This document shows positions 19,933 through 29,504 of a stretch of 64,000 nt of DNA, in pieces (the first letter of the stretch is position 1; the number at the start of each line of letters is the position of its first letter). The DNA comes from an uncultured delta proteobacterium (GTDB lineage Bacteria > Desulfobacterota > Desulfomonilia > Desulfomonilales > Desulfomonilaceae), in assembly GCA_963789265.1 (NCBI GenBank), contig CAWBKB010000004.1:192001-256000 (forward strand). Direction: 5' to 3'. The translations under genes and the position numbers were made by a program. The notes beneath the pieces are model-generated. The model made no database searches. It was not told the origin of the DNA and worked only from the letters and a program-made list of their open reading frames with translations.

Positions 19933-20372
19933 CTTGATTCACCTCCTGGGGAGAACGAATGTTGAGTATTCGATTTCCTGAATTCGGCCTCTTGTTTCAG
20001 ACAATGTCGTTTGTGCTTGCAATCCTATCCTACGCCGTCACCTCGGACTCAGATCCGGGGTCCAGTCTGTCCAGCGTCGCGCGGGACCGCGTGCGCGATA
20101 ATGGTAGGTTGGAAAACCTGCCCCACGCAAGTCAGGATTCCCGCGTGCGCGAGAATGACCGCAACGGCAGCAGAATGCGCGACCGTATTTGCGCCATAGT
20201 GTAAAAGCCATGCTGCTACCTCGATCTACTATATCGAAGGAAGGCCCACGTTGATAAACGGTAAGTCTGATCTCTCAGCTCCAGACGGAAAAATGCGTAG
20301 GGGGACCATGCTTGACAACCACCCTCTTAAGTTTATTCTAAACATTATACGCTCGGTCAAAAGAGGTGCGAG

Positions 20373-20528
20373 ATGAAATGGCTTGTTGGAGGCGTCCTTG
20401 GGGCGTTGGCTGGTTTTGGCGTGTATCTGGTTGGCGTTAACCTTCAGTCCGGCTGAGCCTTGTGGTGCAACCCGGTCCTGGCCGTTATTATCGGAACCTT
20501 GATCGGTACGGCGATCTCCTCCGTGTGA
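20373..20528 (+). CDS. Putative 51-aa two-TM selenoprotein (DUF6132-like) with in-frame TGA at 20454-20456
   Basis: RBS AAGAGGTG. Reads MKWLVGGVLGALAGFGVYLVGVNLQSG-U-ALWCNPVLAVIIGTLIGTAISSV. The frame continues past TGA with a second TM helix. Confidence 0.6.
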
Positions 20529-20573
20529 GGAAGATATCACAAGATGCTTCAGCCTTACCAACTTGAGGGCAAT

Positions 20574-21713
20574 ATGGGAAAGCATCTGGTCTTTGTGGGA
20601 GGGGGCCATGCCCACTTAACGTCCTTGGTCAACATTCAGGACTACATCAATTTGGGGCATAAGGTTTCCCTCATAAGTCCTGTAACACATCATTACTACT
20701 CCGGCATGGGCCCCGGACTCCTCTCAGGAATTTACCGTCCGGAAGAGGTCCGATTTCATATCAAGAAACTTGTCGAAGATCAAGGGGCTGCCTTTGTGAG
20801 AGGTTACGTTGTCCGCGTCGACGCGGATAGACGCTTGCTGATTTTGGACTCGGGCGATGAAATTCCTTACGATGTAGCCTCTTTCAACACGGGAAGCTCA
20901 GTCCCGCTGGATGGAATCAATGATAACCCGAAGAAAGTCTATCCTGTCAAACCTATAGTCAACCTGCTCAAGGCAAGAAAAGTAATACTGGACAAGATCC
21001 GCACGGGTGTACCACGTCTGTTGGTGATCGGCGGAGGCCCCGCTGGTGTCGAACTTTCCGGTAATGTCTGGCGCTTAATCCATGACAACGGAGGCCGAGC
21101 TGAAATATCCCTTGCTTCCGGCGGAAATCTCCTGTCTTCCTTTCCGGAGAGAGTGCGCAACCTGGCCCTTTCCTCTTTAGAGGAACGGCGCATCGAAGTG
21201 GTGGAGGGGGCGCAAATCAGCCGATTTGCAGACGGGGAAGCTGTGCTGGCAGACGGTAGGCGTATCCCTTACGATGTGGCGTTTGCCGCTTTGGGGGTGA
21301 AGCCTTCGGGAATATTCGCGGAATCCGGTCTACCGTCAGGCCATGATGGCGGCCTACTGGTGAATTCACGCCTCCAAAGCGTTGCGTACCCGGAGATCTT
21401 CGGAGGCGGCGACTGTGTTTCTCTCCAGGGATCGACTCTAGATAAGGTCGGCGTCTATGCGGTACGGCAAAACCCGGTGCTTCACCAGAACCTCGTAGCG
21501 ACCCTCTCCGGCAAGCCTTTAGAAACGTTCACGCCTCAGCGATTCTACCTCCTAATTTTCAATCTTGGCGACGGCACGGGTATTTTTGTGAGAAAATCAT
21601 GGGTGTGGAGCGGCAGGCTTGCTTTCCGGTTCAAGGATTACCTGGATCGCTCTTTTATGCGGAAGTTTCAGGTTTCCGGAGAACGGGAGGATCATTCTGA
21701 AGTGTTGGACTGA
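20574..21713 (+). CDS. FAD-dependent pyridine nucleotide-disulfide oxidoreductase resembling the N-terminal domain of long SelD fusions
   Basis: HLVFVGGGHAH, YSGMGPG, IGGGPAGVE, KVGVYAVRQ and FKDYLDRSFMRKF. Confidence 0.8.
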   Translation: MGKHLVFVGGGHAHLTSLVNIQDYINLGHKVSLISPVTHHYYSGMGPGLLSGIYRPEEVRFHIKKLVEDQGAAFVRGYVVRVDADRRLLILDSGDEIPYDVASFNTGSSVPLDGINDNPKKVYPVKPIVNLLKARKVILDKIRTGVPRLLVIGGGPAGVELSGNVWRLIHDNGGRAEISLASGGNLLSSFPERVRNLALSSLEERRIEVVEGAQISRFADGEAVLADGRRIPYDVAFAALGVKPSGIFAESGLPSGHDGGLLVNSRLQSVAYPEIFGGGDCVSLQGSTLDKVGVYAVRQNPVLHQNLVATLSGKPLETFTPQRFYLLIFNLGDGTGIFVRKSWVWSGRLAFRFKDYLDRSFMRKFQVSGEREDHSEVLD

Positions 21714-21946
21714 AGGCGGCGGCCGCATGCGGTCGGTGCACGGGACCTTCCAGTCCAACAAAGGCACTATAGCGGTTCTCAAAGGTAATCGCGGAAAAAG
21801 AAGACGGCTTGGTGGCGACGGGCATCTTGCCCGTCATTCCCAATAGACAGGCTGGAAGCCTGTCCCACCAATTCAAATAAGTTGCGACACGCATCGTGTG
21901 TGACGACAATACTTTTGAGAATTACTGTAGACACAGGATCAAGCAA

Positions 21947-23101
21947 ATGGAAAGACCGGTTTATCTCGATTACAACGGCACTACGCCTCATGACCCTGAA
22001 GTCGTAGAAGCGATGAAGCTTTTTTTGGATGAGGAGTTCGGTAACCCGTCCAGTACCCACTGGTACGGTATTGCCCCCAAAAGAGCCATAATTCAAGCGA
22101 GAAGGCAAGTAGCATCGATTTTGAATTGCGATCCCGAAGAAATCATTTTCACGAGCGGCGGAACTGAATCAAATAATAACGCAATACTTGGTATTGCCTT
22201 TGAAAATCGACACAAAGGGAACCATATCATTACCAGTCTGATCGAGCATCCCGCGGTGCTCGAAGTCTGCCGCTTTTTGGAAGAAAGAGGCTTCAGGACA
22301 ACGTACGTGCCGGTCGATGAATTCGGCATGGTAACCGTTTCCGATGTTGAGGAAGCCATCACCCCTCAGACCATTCTGATCACTATAATGCACGCAAACA
22401 ACGAAGTGGGAACCACCCAGCCTGTCGAAGAGATTGCTTCACTCGCTCGGAGCCACGGCATAGTGATGCACACCGATGCAGCCCAATCAATAGGTAAGAT
22501 ACCTACGGACGTGCAAGCGTTGGGAGTCGATCTGCTGTCCGTGGCAGGCCACAAATTGTACGCTCCCAAAGGGATCGGAGCGCTCTACATTCGCCACGGA
22601 ATACGGCTCCAAAAGTTTATGCTGGGAGCGGGCCAGGAGATGGGGAAAAGAGCCGGCACCGAAAATGTGCTCGAAATCGTCGGGCTTGCTAAGGCATGTG
22701 AGATCGCGCTGCGCGATTTAGAAAAGAACACGGACCGTATGAAGCACACCAGAGACATGCTTCACGATAGTCTGAAAGCGAGACTTGAGCATATAAGACT
22801 CAACGGACATCCTGAAAGACGTCTGCCGAATACCCTCAATTTGTCTTTTCTCGGCCTCGAAGCCAACAGAATTTTGGAAGAGATCGGATTGGAAGTAGCA
22901 GCCTCTGCGGGAGCAGCCTGCCATTCAGACCAGGTGCAGATTTCGCATGTGCTCGAAGCAATGAGCGTGCCGATTGACTGGGCCAAGGGGACGCTGCGGT
23001 TCACCACCGGTAGAATGACGACTGAAACAGAGATTGCTCGGGCTGCGAACGTTATTGTCGATGCGGTAACGAGGTTGCGAGAGCACGCTGACGAGCGGTG
23101 A
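21947..23101 (+). CDS. Group I (NifS/IscS-type) cysteine desulfurase or selenocysteine lyase
   Basis: YLDYNGTTP, FGNPSS, FTSGGTESNN, EHPAV, HTDAAQ, AGHKLYAPKG and SAGAACHS. Confidence 0.9.
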   Translation: MERPVYLDYNGTTPHDPEVVEAMKLFLDEEFGNPSSTHWYGIAPKRAIIQARRQVASILNCDPEEIIFTSGGTESNNNAILGIAFENRHKGNHIITSLIEHPAVLEVCRFLEERGFRTTYVPVDEFGMVTVSDVEEAITPQTILITIMHANNEVGTTQPVEEIASLARSHGIVMHTDAAQSIGKIPTDVQALGVDLLSVAGHKLYAPKGIGALYIRHGIRLQKFMLGAGQEMGKRAGTENVLEIVGLAKACEIALRDLEKNTDRMKHTRDMLHDSLKARLEHIRLNGHPERRLPNTLNLSFLGLEANRILEEIGLEVAASAGAACHSDQVQISHVLEAMSVPIDWAKGTLRFTTGRMTTETEIARAANVIVDAVTRLREHADER

Positions 23102-23144
23102 AATTGGCTGCTAGCGATGACACGGCAGCCGTGATTCACCCGGC

Positions 23145-25433
23145 TCACGCGATTCCTTGTTTCGAGTACTTTTCCAAGATGTTAATCATTTGAGGGTACC
23201 TACGCTCGCTAGCTATCGAAAACGGTGTCCTTCCATTCGCATCAGCTACGTCGGTGGATGCTCCCCAAGCAAGCAGCATTTCCACCACGTCCGCTTGGGA
23301 TTTGTCGCATGCCCAGATGAGGGCTGTACTGCCATCATGATCCGCGGCTTCGAGATCCGGTCCGGTAGCAAGGACAAGTTTCACAACCTCGGTCCGGCCA
23401 CTAATGCAGGCCCAGATCAAGGCTGTGCGTCCGCTTTTGTCCTGGGCGTCTATAGCGACGTCGTGGTCCAGCAAGGTTTCCACGATTTCCGGGGTTCCAT
23501 AGAGCGCGGCCCACATAAATACTGTTCTCCCGGCATTGTCGTGAATGTTGACGTTCGCTCCGTGAGTTAGCAGAAGCTTGGCAACCTCCTCGCGATTTCG
23601 ATAACATGCCCACATCAAAGCGGTCCTCCCAGCCTTGTCTTTGGCGTTGAGGTCGACAACAGCCGGCAGCAGATGCTCTACATCTTCCAGACTACCCGCT
23701 ATGCACGCCTCTATGAGCACTTCGGCATCTATTTCGACCTCCCCATTCTCGTCCAACACGATCGAAGAAGTGGAGGCGACCCCGGGTGCGGATTCCTCTA
23801 TATCGGCACTCAAGTTCGCGTCTGCGATCTGCGGCGGAAAATCCACTTTGGCACCCGCATCTGTGAGCAGGCGGACCACATGCCAGTGGCTTTTTGTCGA
23901 CGCCCAGTCCACAGCAGTAAGTCCAGCCGCATCTTTCATCTCAACATCAGCTCCGTGGTCCAGGAGAAATTCCACCACTTCGCTCAGCCCTTTGTAAGAG
24001 GCTCTCATTAAAGCAGTGAGCCCATGCTTGTTTGCAGCGTTAATCTGCGCGCCATGTTCCAGCAGGATTCGCGCAACCTCTGTTTGCCCAACGGAGCAGG
24101 CTTTCATCAGAGCGGTCTTCCCTGCATTGTCCTGCATTTCCACACTGGCGCCGCGTTGCAGCAGGAGTTGCACGATTTCCGCGTGACCTTTGTATGCGGC
24201 CCTCATAAGAGGCGTAAGACCATATTTGTTTCCGGCGTTGACATTTGCTCCTAAGTCCAGTAGCCGCTGCACTGCGTCAATCAGCCCGGAACCCGCAGCA
24301 TCAATCAAATCTTTATTTCCGTATTTGGAGAGTGCTTCCACGAGGAATCCGCGCTCCAGAGTCAGTTCCAGAGTGTCGGTATCACCTCCGTCCGGGGCCT
24401 CCAACATCGCCTCAATAGTCTTTTCGGCTTCCGATGTGATAGCTGCCCCTCTCTCCAAGAGAAGTTCAACCACCTCGCCGTGCGATTCCTGGGAGGCCCA
24501 AACCAGAGCGGTCATGCCGGCCTTGTCTCCAATGTCAAAATCAGCTCCACGGTCCAACAAGAGGTTTACCACTGAGATACGGCCGACCCGAGCACCCCAC
24601 ATGAGGGCGGTGCGTCCTGCTTTGTCCTGGCGATTGATTTCGACACCCGTGTCCAGAAGAGATTTCACAACGGCCAAATGGCCTCTATCCGAGGCCACCA
24701 TGAGAGGGGTCCATCCTGCATTGTCTTCGATGTCGGGATCGGCCCCCTTTTCAAGCAGGAGTTCGACTATTTCAAGAAAGCCTCTGTGAGCCGCTTTCGC
24801 GAGAGCGGTTCTCCCGGCCTTGTCAACTGCATTCACGTCTAGTCTATGCTTGAAAAGCAAGTTCATCATGCCAACATGGCGATCGAACGCCGCCATCATC
24901 AGAGGGCTTCTGCCGGCATCGTCTTTCGCGTTGGGATTCGCCCCTTTGTCCAAAAGTCTCGCGACTATGATTGGGCGGCCGGCTGTCAAGGCAACCATAA
25001 GAGCGGTCTTGCCATCTGAAGTCCGAGCCTCTACGTTGGCACCGGCGTTCAGGAGTATGCCGAACAATTCCAGGTGTCCATAATATACGGCAGCCATCAG
25101 AGGGGTGTACCCTTGATTGTCCTGGCCTTCAAGGTCAGCGCCCAGTCCTAAGAGGACCCGGGCTGCCATTGTTTGGCCTGTAATGCAAGCCGCCATCAAG
25201 GCCGTGCACCCTTTTTCGTCTTTTGCATTCACATTGGGCTTCCGTTCAAGAAGTTCCTTGACTACCCGATAATGACCGCCGTACATGGCCTTCATCAAGG
25301 GTGTAGCGCCGGATACGTCCCGCGAGTCGACGCTCACACCTTTTGCCAAAAGGTGTCGCACTTGATCGGGCTGATTCTTTTGGACAGCCTCAAACAGTGC
25401 TCTGCTTTTGTCTCGTACAAAAAGCATCGCCAT
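23145..25433 (-). CDS. Ankyrin-repeat protein (762 aa, about 18-20 repeats)
   Basis: Repeated G-x-T-[AP]-L-M-x-A...V-x-x-LL-x-x-GA-D-V-N units separated by two acidic linkers. Confidence 0.95.
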   Translation of the reverse strand: MAMLFVRDKSRALFEAVQKNQPDQVRHLLAKGVSVDSRDVSGATPLMKAMYGGHYRVVKELLERKPNVNAKDEKGCTALMAACITGQTMAARVLLGLGADLEGQDNQGYTPLMAAVYYGHLELFGILLNAGANVEARTSDGKTALMVALTAGRPIIVARLLDKGANPNAKDDAGRSPLMMAAFDRHVGMMNLLFKHRLDVNAVDKAGRTALAKAAHRGFLEIVELLLEKGADPDIEDNAGWTPLMVASDRGHLAVVKSLLDTGVEINRQDKAGRTALMWGARVGRISVVNLLLDRGADFDIGDKAGMTALVWASQESHGEVVELLLERGAAITSEAEKTIEAMLEAPDGGDTDTLELTLERGFLVEALSKYGNKDLIDAAGSGLIDAVQRLLDLGANVNAGNKYGLTPLMRAAYKGHAEIVQLLLQRGASVEMQDNAGKTALMKACSVGQTEVARILLEHGAQINAANKHGLTALMRASYKGLSEVVEFLLDHGADVEMKDAAGLTAVDWASTKSHWHVVRLLTDAGAKVDFPPQIADANLSADIEESAPGVASTSSIVLDENGEVEIDAEVLIEACIAGSLEDVEHLLPAVVDLNAKDKAGRTALMWACYRNREEVAKLLLTHGANVNIHDNAGRTVFMWAALYGTPEIVETLLDHDVAIDAQDKSGRTALIWACISGRTEVVKLVLATGPDLEAADHDGSTALIWACDKSQADVVEMLLAWGASTDVADANGRTPFSIASERRYPQMINILEKYSKQGIA

Positions 25434-25631
25434 CTCACCGTCCTGTTTCGGGGTATGGAGAAACCGGAAGGAGCAGTTGCGCCAAATGGGACGAACGCAT
25501 TCTTGGTTTTAACCCGGATCCGCGCTTTCAGTCGCCCATCCGGATCTGCCACTTAAACAAAATAAACAATCCGTTTGGAGAAAGGAAGGGCAGAGAAGGA
25601 AACTCCTGTCCTCACTTCTTCGCAGGACTCC

Positions 25632-26378
25632 TTAATCTCGGCTTCTCAATTTAGTGAGCAGCCGCAGCACCTCTATATAGAGCCAAACCAAGGTCACCAT
25701 GAGGCCAAAGGCGGCATACCACTCCATGTACTTCGGCGCCCCGCGTCGGGCTCCGCTGTCAATGAAATCAAAATCGAGAACAAGATTCAGAGCGGCCACG
25801 ACGACCACAAACAGGCTGAATCCTATTCCAAATAACCCGTTGTCATAGATATAGGGCACGTGCAAGCCAAACAGGTTCAAAATGATCGATGCCAGGTACA
25901 CGAGGGCAATCCCGCCGGTGGCAGCGACCACACCAAGTTTGAAATTCTCTGTCGCCTTTATGAGCCCGGATGTATAGGCCATCAATACCACAACGCACGT
26001 CCCGAAAGTGAGACCCACAGCTTGCAGTACTATGCCGGGATACCGAGATTCCGCCAGCGCGGATATACCTCCAATAAAAAGGCCCTCAAGAAGCGCATAT
26101 ATGGGCGACGTAACCGGAGCCCACTGCTGTTTAAATACAGTTACAAGAGCGACGATAAAACCGCCGATAGCTCCTCCTATCATCCACGGAGTCACAGCAG
26201 CAGGATTTGAAGTACTAAAGAAGAGGTGCCAGGTCCACAGAGTGGTCAGCAAGACACAGCCTAAGAGGAGCGCAGCCTTATTCACCGCGCCTTGGGCGGT
26301 CATCGCTTCATCGGTTTGCACATAGCCACCGAATTGAGCAAACGTATTTTCGTTAAGTGCGGGATTACTTGTCCTCAT
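25632..26378 (-). CDS. Bax inhibitor-1/YccA-family membrane protein
   Basis: MRTSNPAL, YALLEGLFIGGIS, LVLDFDFI and GAPKYMEWYAAFGLMVTLVWLY. Confidence 0.9.
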   Translation of the reverse strand: MRTSNPALNENTFAQFGGYVQTDEAMTAQGAVNKAALLLGCVLLTTLWTWHLFFSTSNPAAVTPWMIGGAIGGFIVALVTVFKQQWAPVTSPIYALLEGLFIGGISALAESRYPGIVLQAVGLTFGTCVVVLMAYTSGLIKATENFKLGVVAATGGIALVYLASIILNLFGLHVPYIYDNGLFGIGFSLFVVVVAALNLVLDFDFIDSGARRGAPKYMEWYAAFGLMVTLVWLYIEVLRLLTKLRSRD

Positions 26379-26731
26379 CTTGTTTTTGCCCCCTTTAATT
26401 TGTTTTCAGTTATAGCACTCCCGCCGATTACGTCAATGATTCCATCCGAGTATTGCTGTCCGTAGACGATTTGGCCTATAAGCATTTCAGCACCTCAGTT
26501 GACCGAGATAACTAAAACTATTAAATCCGTAGTCAAAAAAATAATTCGAGCGATGAAAGAAAGCCGTTGAGAAAATCGCCGGCTTTGTGTAAATGCCATG
26601 AACACAAAAAAGGCCGAGGCTGAGTTGTTCCATCTGGTAACCTGAGCCCAAGTGAGGCTGACAAAGACTTGTTGAAGGGGCACGGAAGCAGCGCGGTGCT
26701 GAAGTATTATAATCCTCGGAGAAACATAGTT

Positions 26732-28696
26732 ATGAATGAACGAAAACCCGTCCGCAAGCTTATTCAGCGCCCCAAAAACGGACAAACAAGAGCCGCGATG
26801 TTGGGGCCTGTATCCAACCTTGAAGAACACGTCAGTCCCGACTGGTGGCGCTCGATCTTTAACGCTCTTTATCTCAAAACGGATGCGGATGTCGTGGCGG
26901 ATGAGAATATCACCAGTGCTGAAGTCGGTTTCTTTGTCGCTGCGGCCGAACTTTCACAAGATGCGAAAATTCTGGATTTGTGCTGCGGACAAGGGCGTCA
27001 TTCGCTGGAATTGGCCCGCAAGGGGTTCAGGAACGTTGAAGGGCTGGACCGGTCCCGATATCTCGTAACCAAGGCGAGGGCTCTCGCGACCAGAGAAGGA
27101 CTCGGTGTCAAATTCAGGGAGGGGGACGCAAGAAAGACGCACTATCCGCCGGACACCTTCGACTGCGTCATGATACTCGGCAACAGTTTCGGTTATTTCG
27201 AGACCGTTAGAGATGACCTTCAGGTGCTTAAAGAGGTGTTCAGAATTTTGAAGCCGAATGGTCGATGCCTGCTCGACGTGACAGACGGCGATTACCTGCG
27301 GGACAGGTTTCAAACCCGGTCCTGGGAATGGATTGACAAAAAGCATTTCGTTTGCCGGGAGCGGTCTCTTTCAGCGGATGGGGAGCGCCTGATTTCGCGG
27401 GAGGTGGTTACAAACAGCAGCAAAGGAGTGATCGCCGACCAATTCTATGCGGAACGACTGTACTCCAAGGAAGGGATTGTCAGTTTACTCAAAGAAGCCG
27501 GTTTCAGAGATTGCACGGTTCATGGCCAAATTTCGCCCAATTCCCTGCGCAACCAGGACCTGGGGATGATGGAGCAGCGCATAATAGTTACAGGTCGAGT
27601 CGAAAAGGCCTTTACGCGGCCCAGGGTGAAACGTGCCCAAGGTGTGAGGAACGTTGTGGTCCTTTTTGGTGATCCGAGCAAGCCCGATCCTCTAAAGCCG
27701 TCAGCGGTCTTTGATGAAGATGATTTCTACACAATCCAGCAAGTAAAGTCCGCGCTCGAAGGCCTGCCGCATTACAGATTCAAATACCTCGATAACCATG
27801 ACACTCTCATACACGACTTAAAGAAAATGAACGGCAAAATTGACCTTGTCATGAATCTGTGCGACGAGGGTTACGGAAACGATCCGCGGCAAGAGCTGCA
27901 CGTTCCCGCGCTGCTGGAACAATTGGATCTGCCCTATACCGGCGCAGGCCCACAGTGCTTGGCTTACTGCTACGACAAATCTCTGGTTCGGGGCATTGCC
28001 AAGGAGATGAAAATCCCCGTGCCACGGGCCTTCTTTGTAAGGCCGGAAGACAGCACCTTCGAGCTGCCTTTCTCTTTTCCAGTCTTGATAAAACCCAACT
28101 TCGGCGATTCGAGCTTCGGCATCACGCAGCGAAGTGTGGCGAGTAGCCTGGAAGAAGCTCTAAATGCCATCTCGGAAATTCGTTGCAAGTTTGGGTACGA
28201 TAAGCCGATACTCGTGGAGGAATTCCTAACGGGTAACGATATCAGCGTGGGCATTATAGGCAATCCGCTGGAGGGATACAGGGTCCTGCCGGTTTCGGAG
28301 GAAGATTATTCCGACCTATCCGAAGATTTGCCACGGATCTGTGGGTATGAAGCAAAGTGGCGGCCAGATTCCCCGTACTGGAAAGTGAAATCAGTTCCTT
28401 CGTTTCTGCCTGAAGACGTTGAAAAATCAGTAGTGGAATGGTGCCTGAGACTGTTCGAGAGGCTGGAATGCAGGGATTATTGCCGCTTCGACTGGAGATT
28501 AGACATAGAGGGCAATCCGAAACTTCTCGAAGTGAACCCGAACCCGGGCTGGTGTTGGGACGGCCACTTGGCGAAAATGGCAGGCTTTGCCGGGATATCT
28601 TACAGAGACATGCTAGGAGCAATTCTGAGTGCTGCAGAAACAAGGCTGGGAATCCAAACCAACGGGCGGCAACTCCGCGGATCGCAGTCCGCTTGA
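26732..28696 (+). CDS. Class I SAM methyltransferase fused to a D-Ala-D-Ala-ligase-like ATP-grasp domain
   Basis: ILDLCCGQGRH in the N-terminal half. PYTGAG, DKSL, IKPNFGDSSFGI, LVEEFL, RFDWR and LEVNPNPG in the C-terminal half. Confidence 0.88.
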   Translation: MNERKPVRKLIQRPKNGQTRAAMLGPVSNLEEHVSPDWWRSIFNALYLKTDADVVADENITSAEVGFFVAAAELSQDAKILDLCCGQGRHSLELARKGFRNVEGLDRSRYLVTKARALATREGLGVKFREGDARKTHYPPDTFDCVMILGNSFGYFETVRDDLQVLKEVFRILKPNGRCLLDVTDGDYLRDRFQTRSWEWIDKKHFVCRERSLSADGERLISREVVTNSSKGVIADQFYAERLYSKEGIVSLLKEAGFRDCTVHGQISPNSLRNQDLGMMEQRIIVTGRVEKAFTRPRVKRAQGVRNVVVLFGDPSKPDPLKPSAVFDEDDFYTIQQVKSALEGLPHYRFKYLDNHDTLIHDLKKMNGKIDLVMNLCDEGYGNDPRQELHVPALLEQLDLPYTGAGPQCLAYCYDKSLVRGIAKEMKIPVPRAFFVRPEDSTFELPFSFPVLIKPNFGDSSFGITQRSVASSLEEALNAISEIRCKFGYDKPILVEEFLTGNDISVGIIGNPLEGYRVLPVSEEDYSDLSEDLPRICGYEAKWRPDSPYWKVKSVPSFLPEDVEKSVVEWCLRLFERLECRDYCRFDWRLDIEGNPKLLEVNPNPGWCWDGHLAKMAGFAGISYRDMLGAILSAAETRLGIQTNGRQLRGSQSA

Positions 28697-28723
28697 CGCG
28701 AATTCAGCTTGAAGCCGAGAAAA

Positions 28724-28761
28724 TCAGGTAATGGCAGGCTGTTGAGCCTGCCATTACCTGA
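28724..28761. terminator. Strong hairpin, probable terminator
   Basis: 17-bp perfect stem TCAGGTAATGGCAGGCT-gttg-AGCCTGCCATTACCTGA just downstream of the CDS. Confidence 0.65.
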
Positions 28762-29113
28762 ATAAACGGATTTCTGCACCAAGGACTAATGCTGCTGCTT
28801 TGGCGTAGTCTCATTTCAGGACGCCGTGATACCAACTCCCATAGCTAGAAAGCTACAACGAAACATGAAAACGTCAGTAGGAGCGGCATCTTGCCGGTCG
28901 GTAAAAGGACGTTTTCATAGAAATCCGCATTCAAAGTCCCCCCGTCCTCCCTTTATTAAAGGCGGGGTAGAGGGGATTTCATTTTAACTTTGAACGCGAA
29001 CTGGTATGAGTTGTCCCGCGCCCTCGGATTCTTGAAGATTTCGTCAAAAAAATTTAGCTTACCGTTGCTTTGACGGCGTCTCCAATCCGGTCTCAAATAA
29101 TTACATGCCGGAC

Positions 29114-29305
29114 TTACTTCATCTTGGCAGGTTTCTTACATTCCTTGCAGCTTTTTACCACTTCACCCTTCATTTTATCGCACTTCGCCTGGGTGACTTT
29201 GTGGCATTTGCCCTTGGCGCAGCAGTCGACCTTTTTCGCGGCCATTGCCAATGGAGCAGCCGCCATAAAGGCCATCAGAGTTAACAGCATAAAAAATTTC
29301 TTCAT
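29114..29305 (-). CDS. Small secreted Cys/Lys-rich protein (63 aa)
   Basis: RBS GGGAGG, signal peptide MKKFFMLL...AMA, mature part with 6 Cys. Confidence 0.7.
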   Translation of the reverse strand: MKKFFMLLTLMAFMAAAPLAMAAKKVDCCAKGKCHKVTQAKCDKMKGEVVKSCKECKKPAKMK

Positions 29306-29504
29306 CAGACGCCTCCCAAACCTAAGGAGATCTAACCGCCACACCATACAAAGTATGGTCGGTGGGGGAATCACGGCATCCTACTCCGCCGTGTTCTTCC
29401 GTTGCAAGACTTTTCTATCGTGCCGCCGAATTTCTTCCCGGCTAAAAATTGATCTTGATACATCAATCTGAATCCCTCAAGTCGTGGACTGCACCTGACA
29501 CTTG

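Noticed and set aside
23145..25433. Ankyrin protein as part of a novel system
   Set aside because: It is a stand-alone repeat protein with no catalytic domain or informative context.
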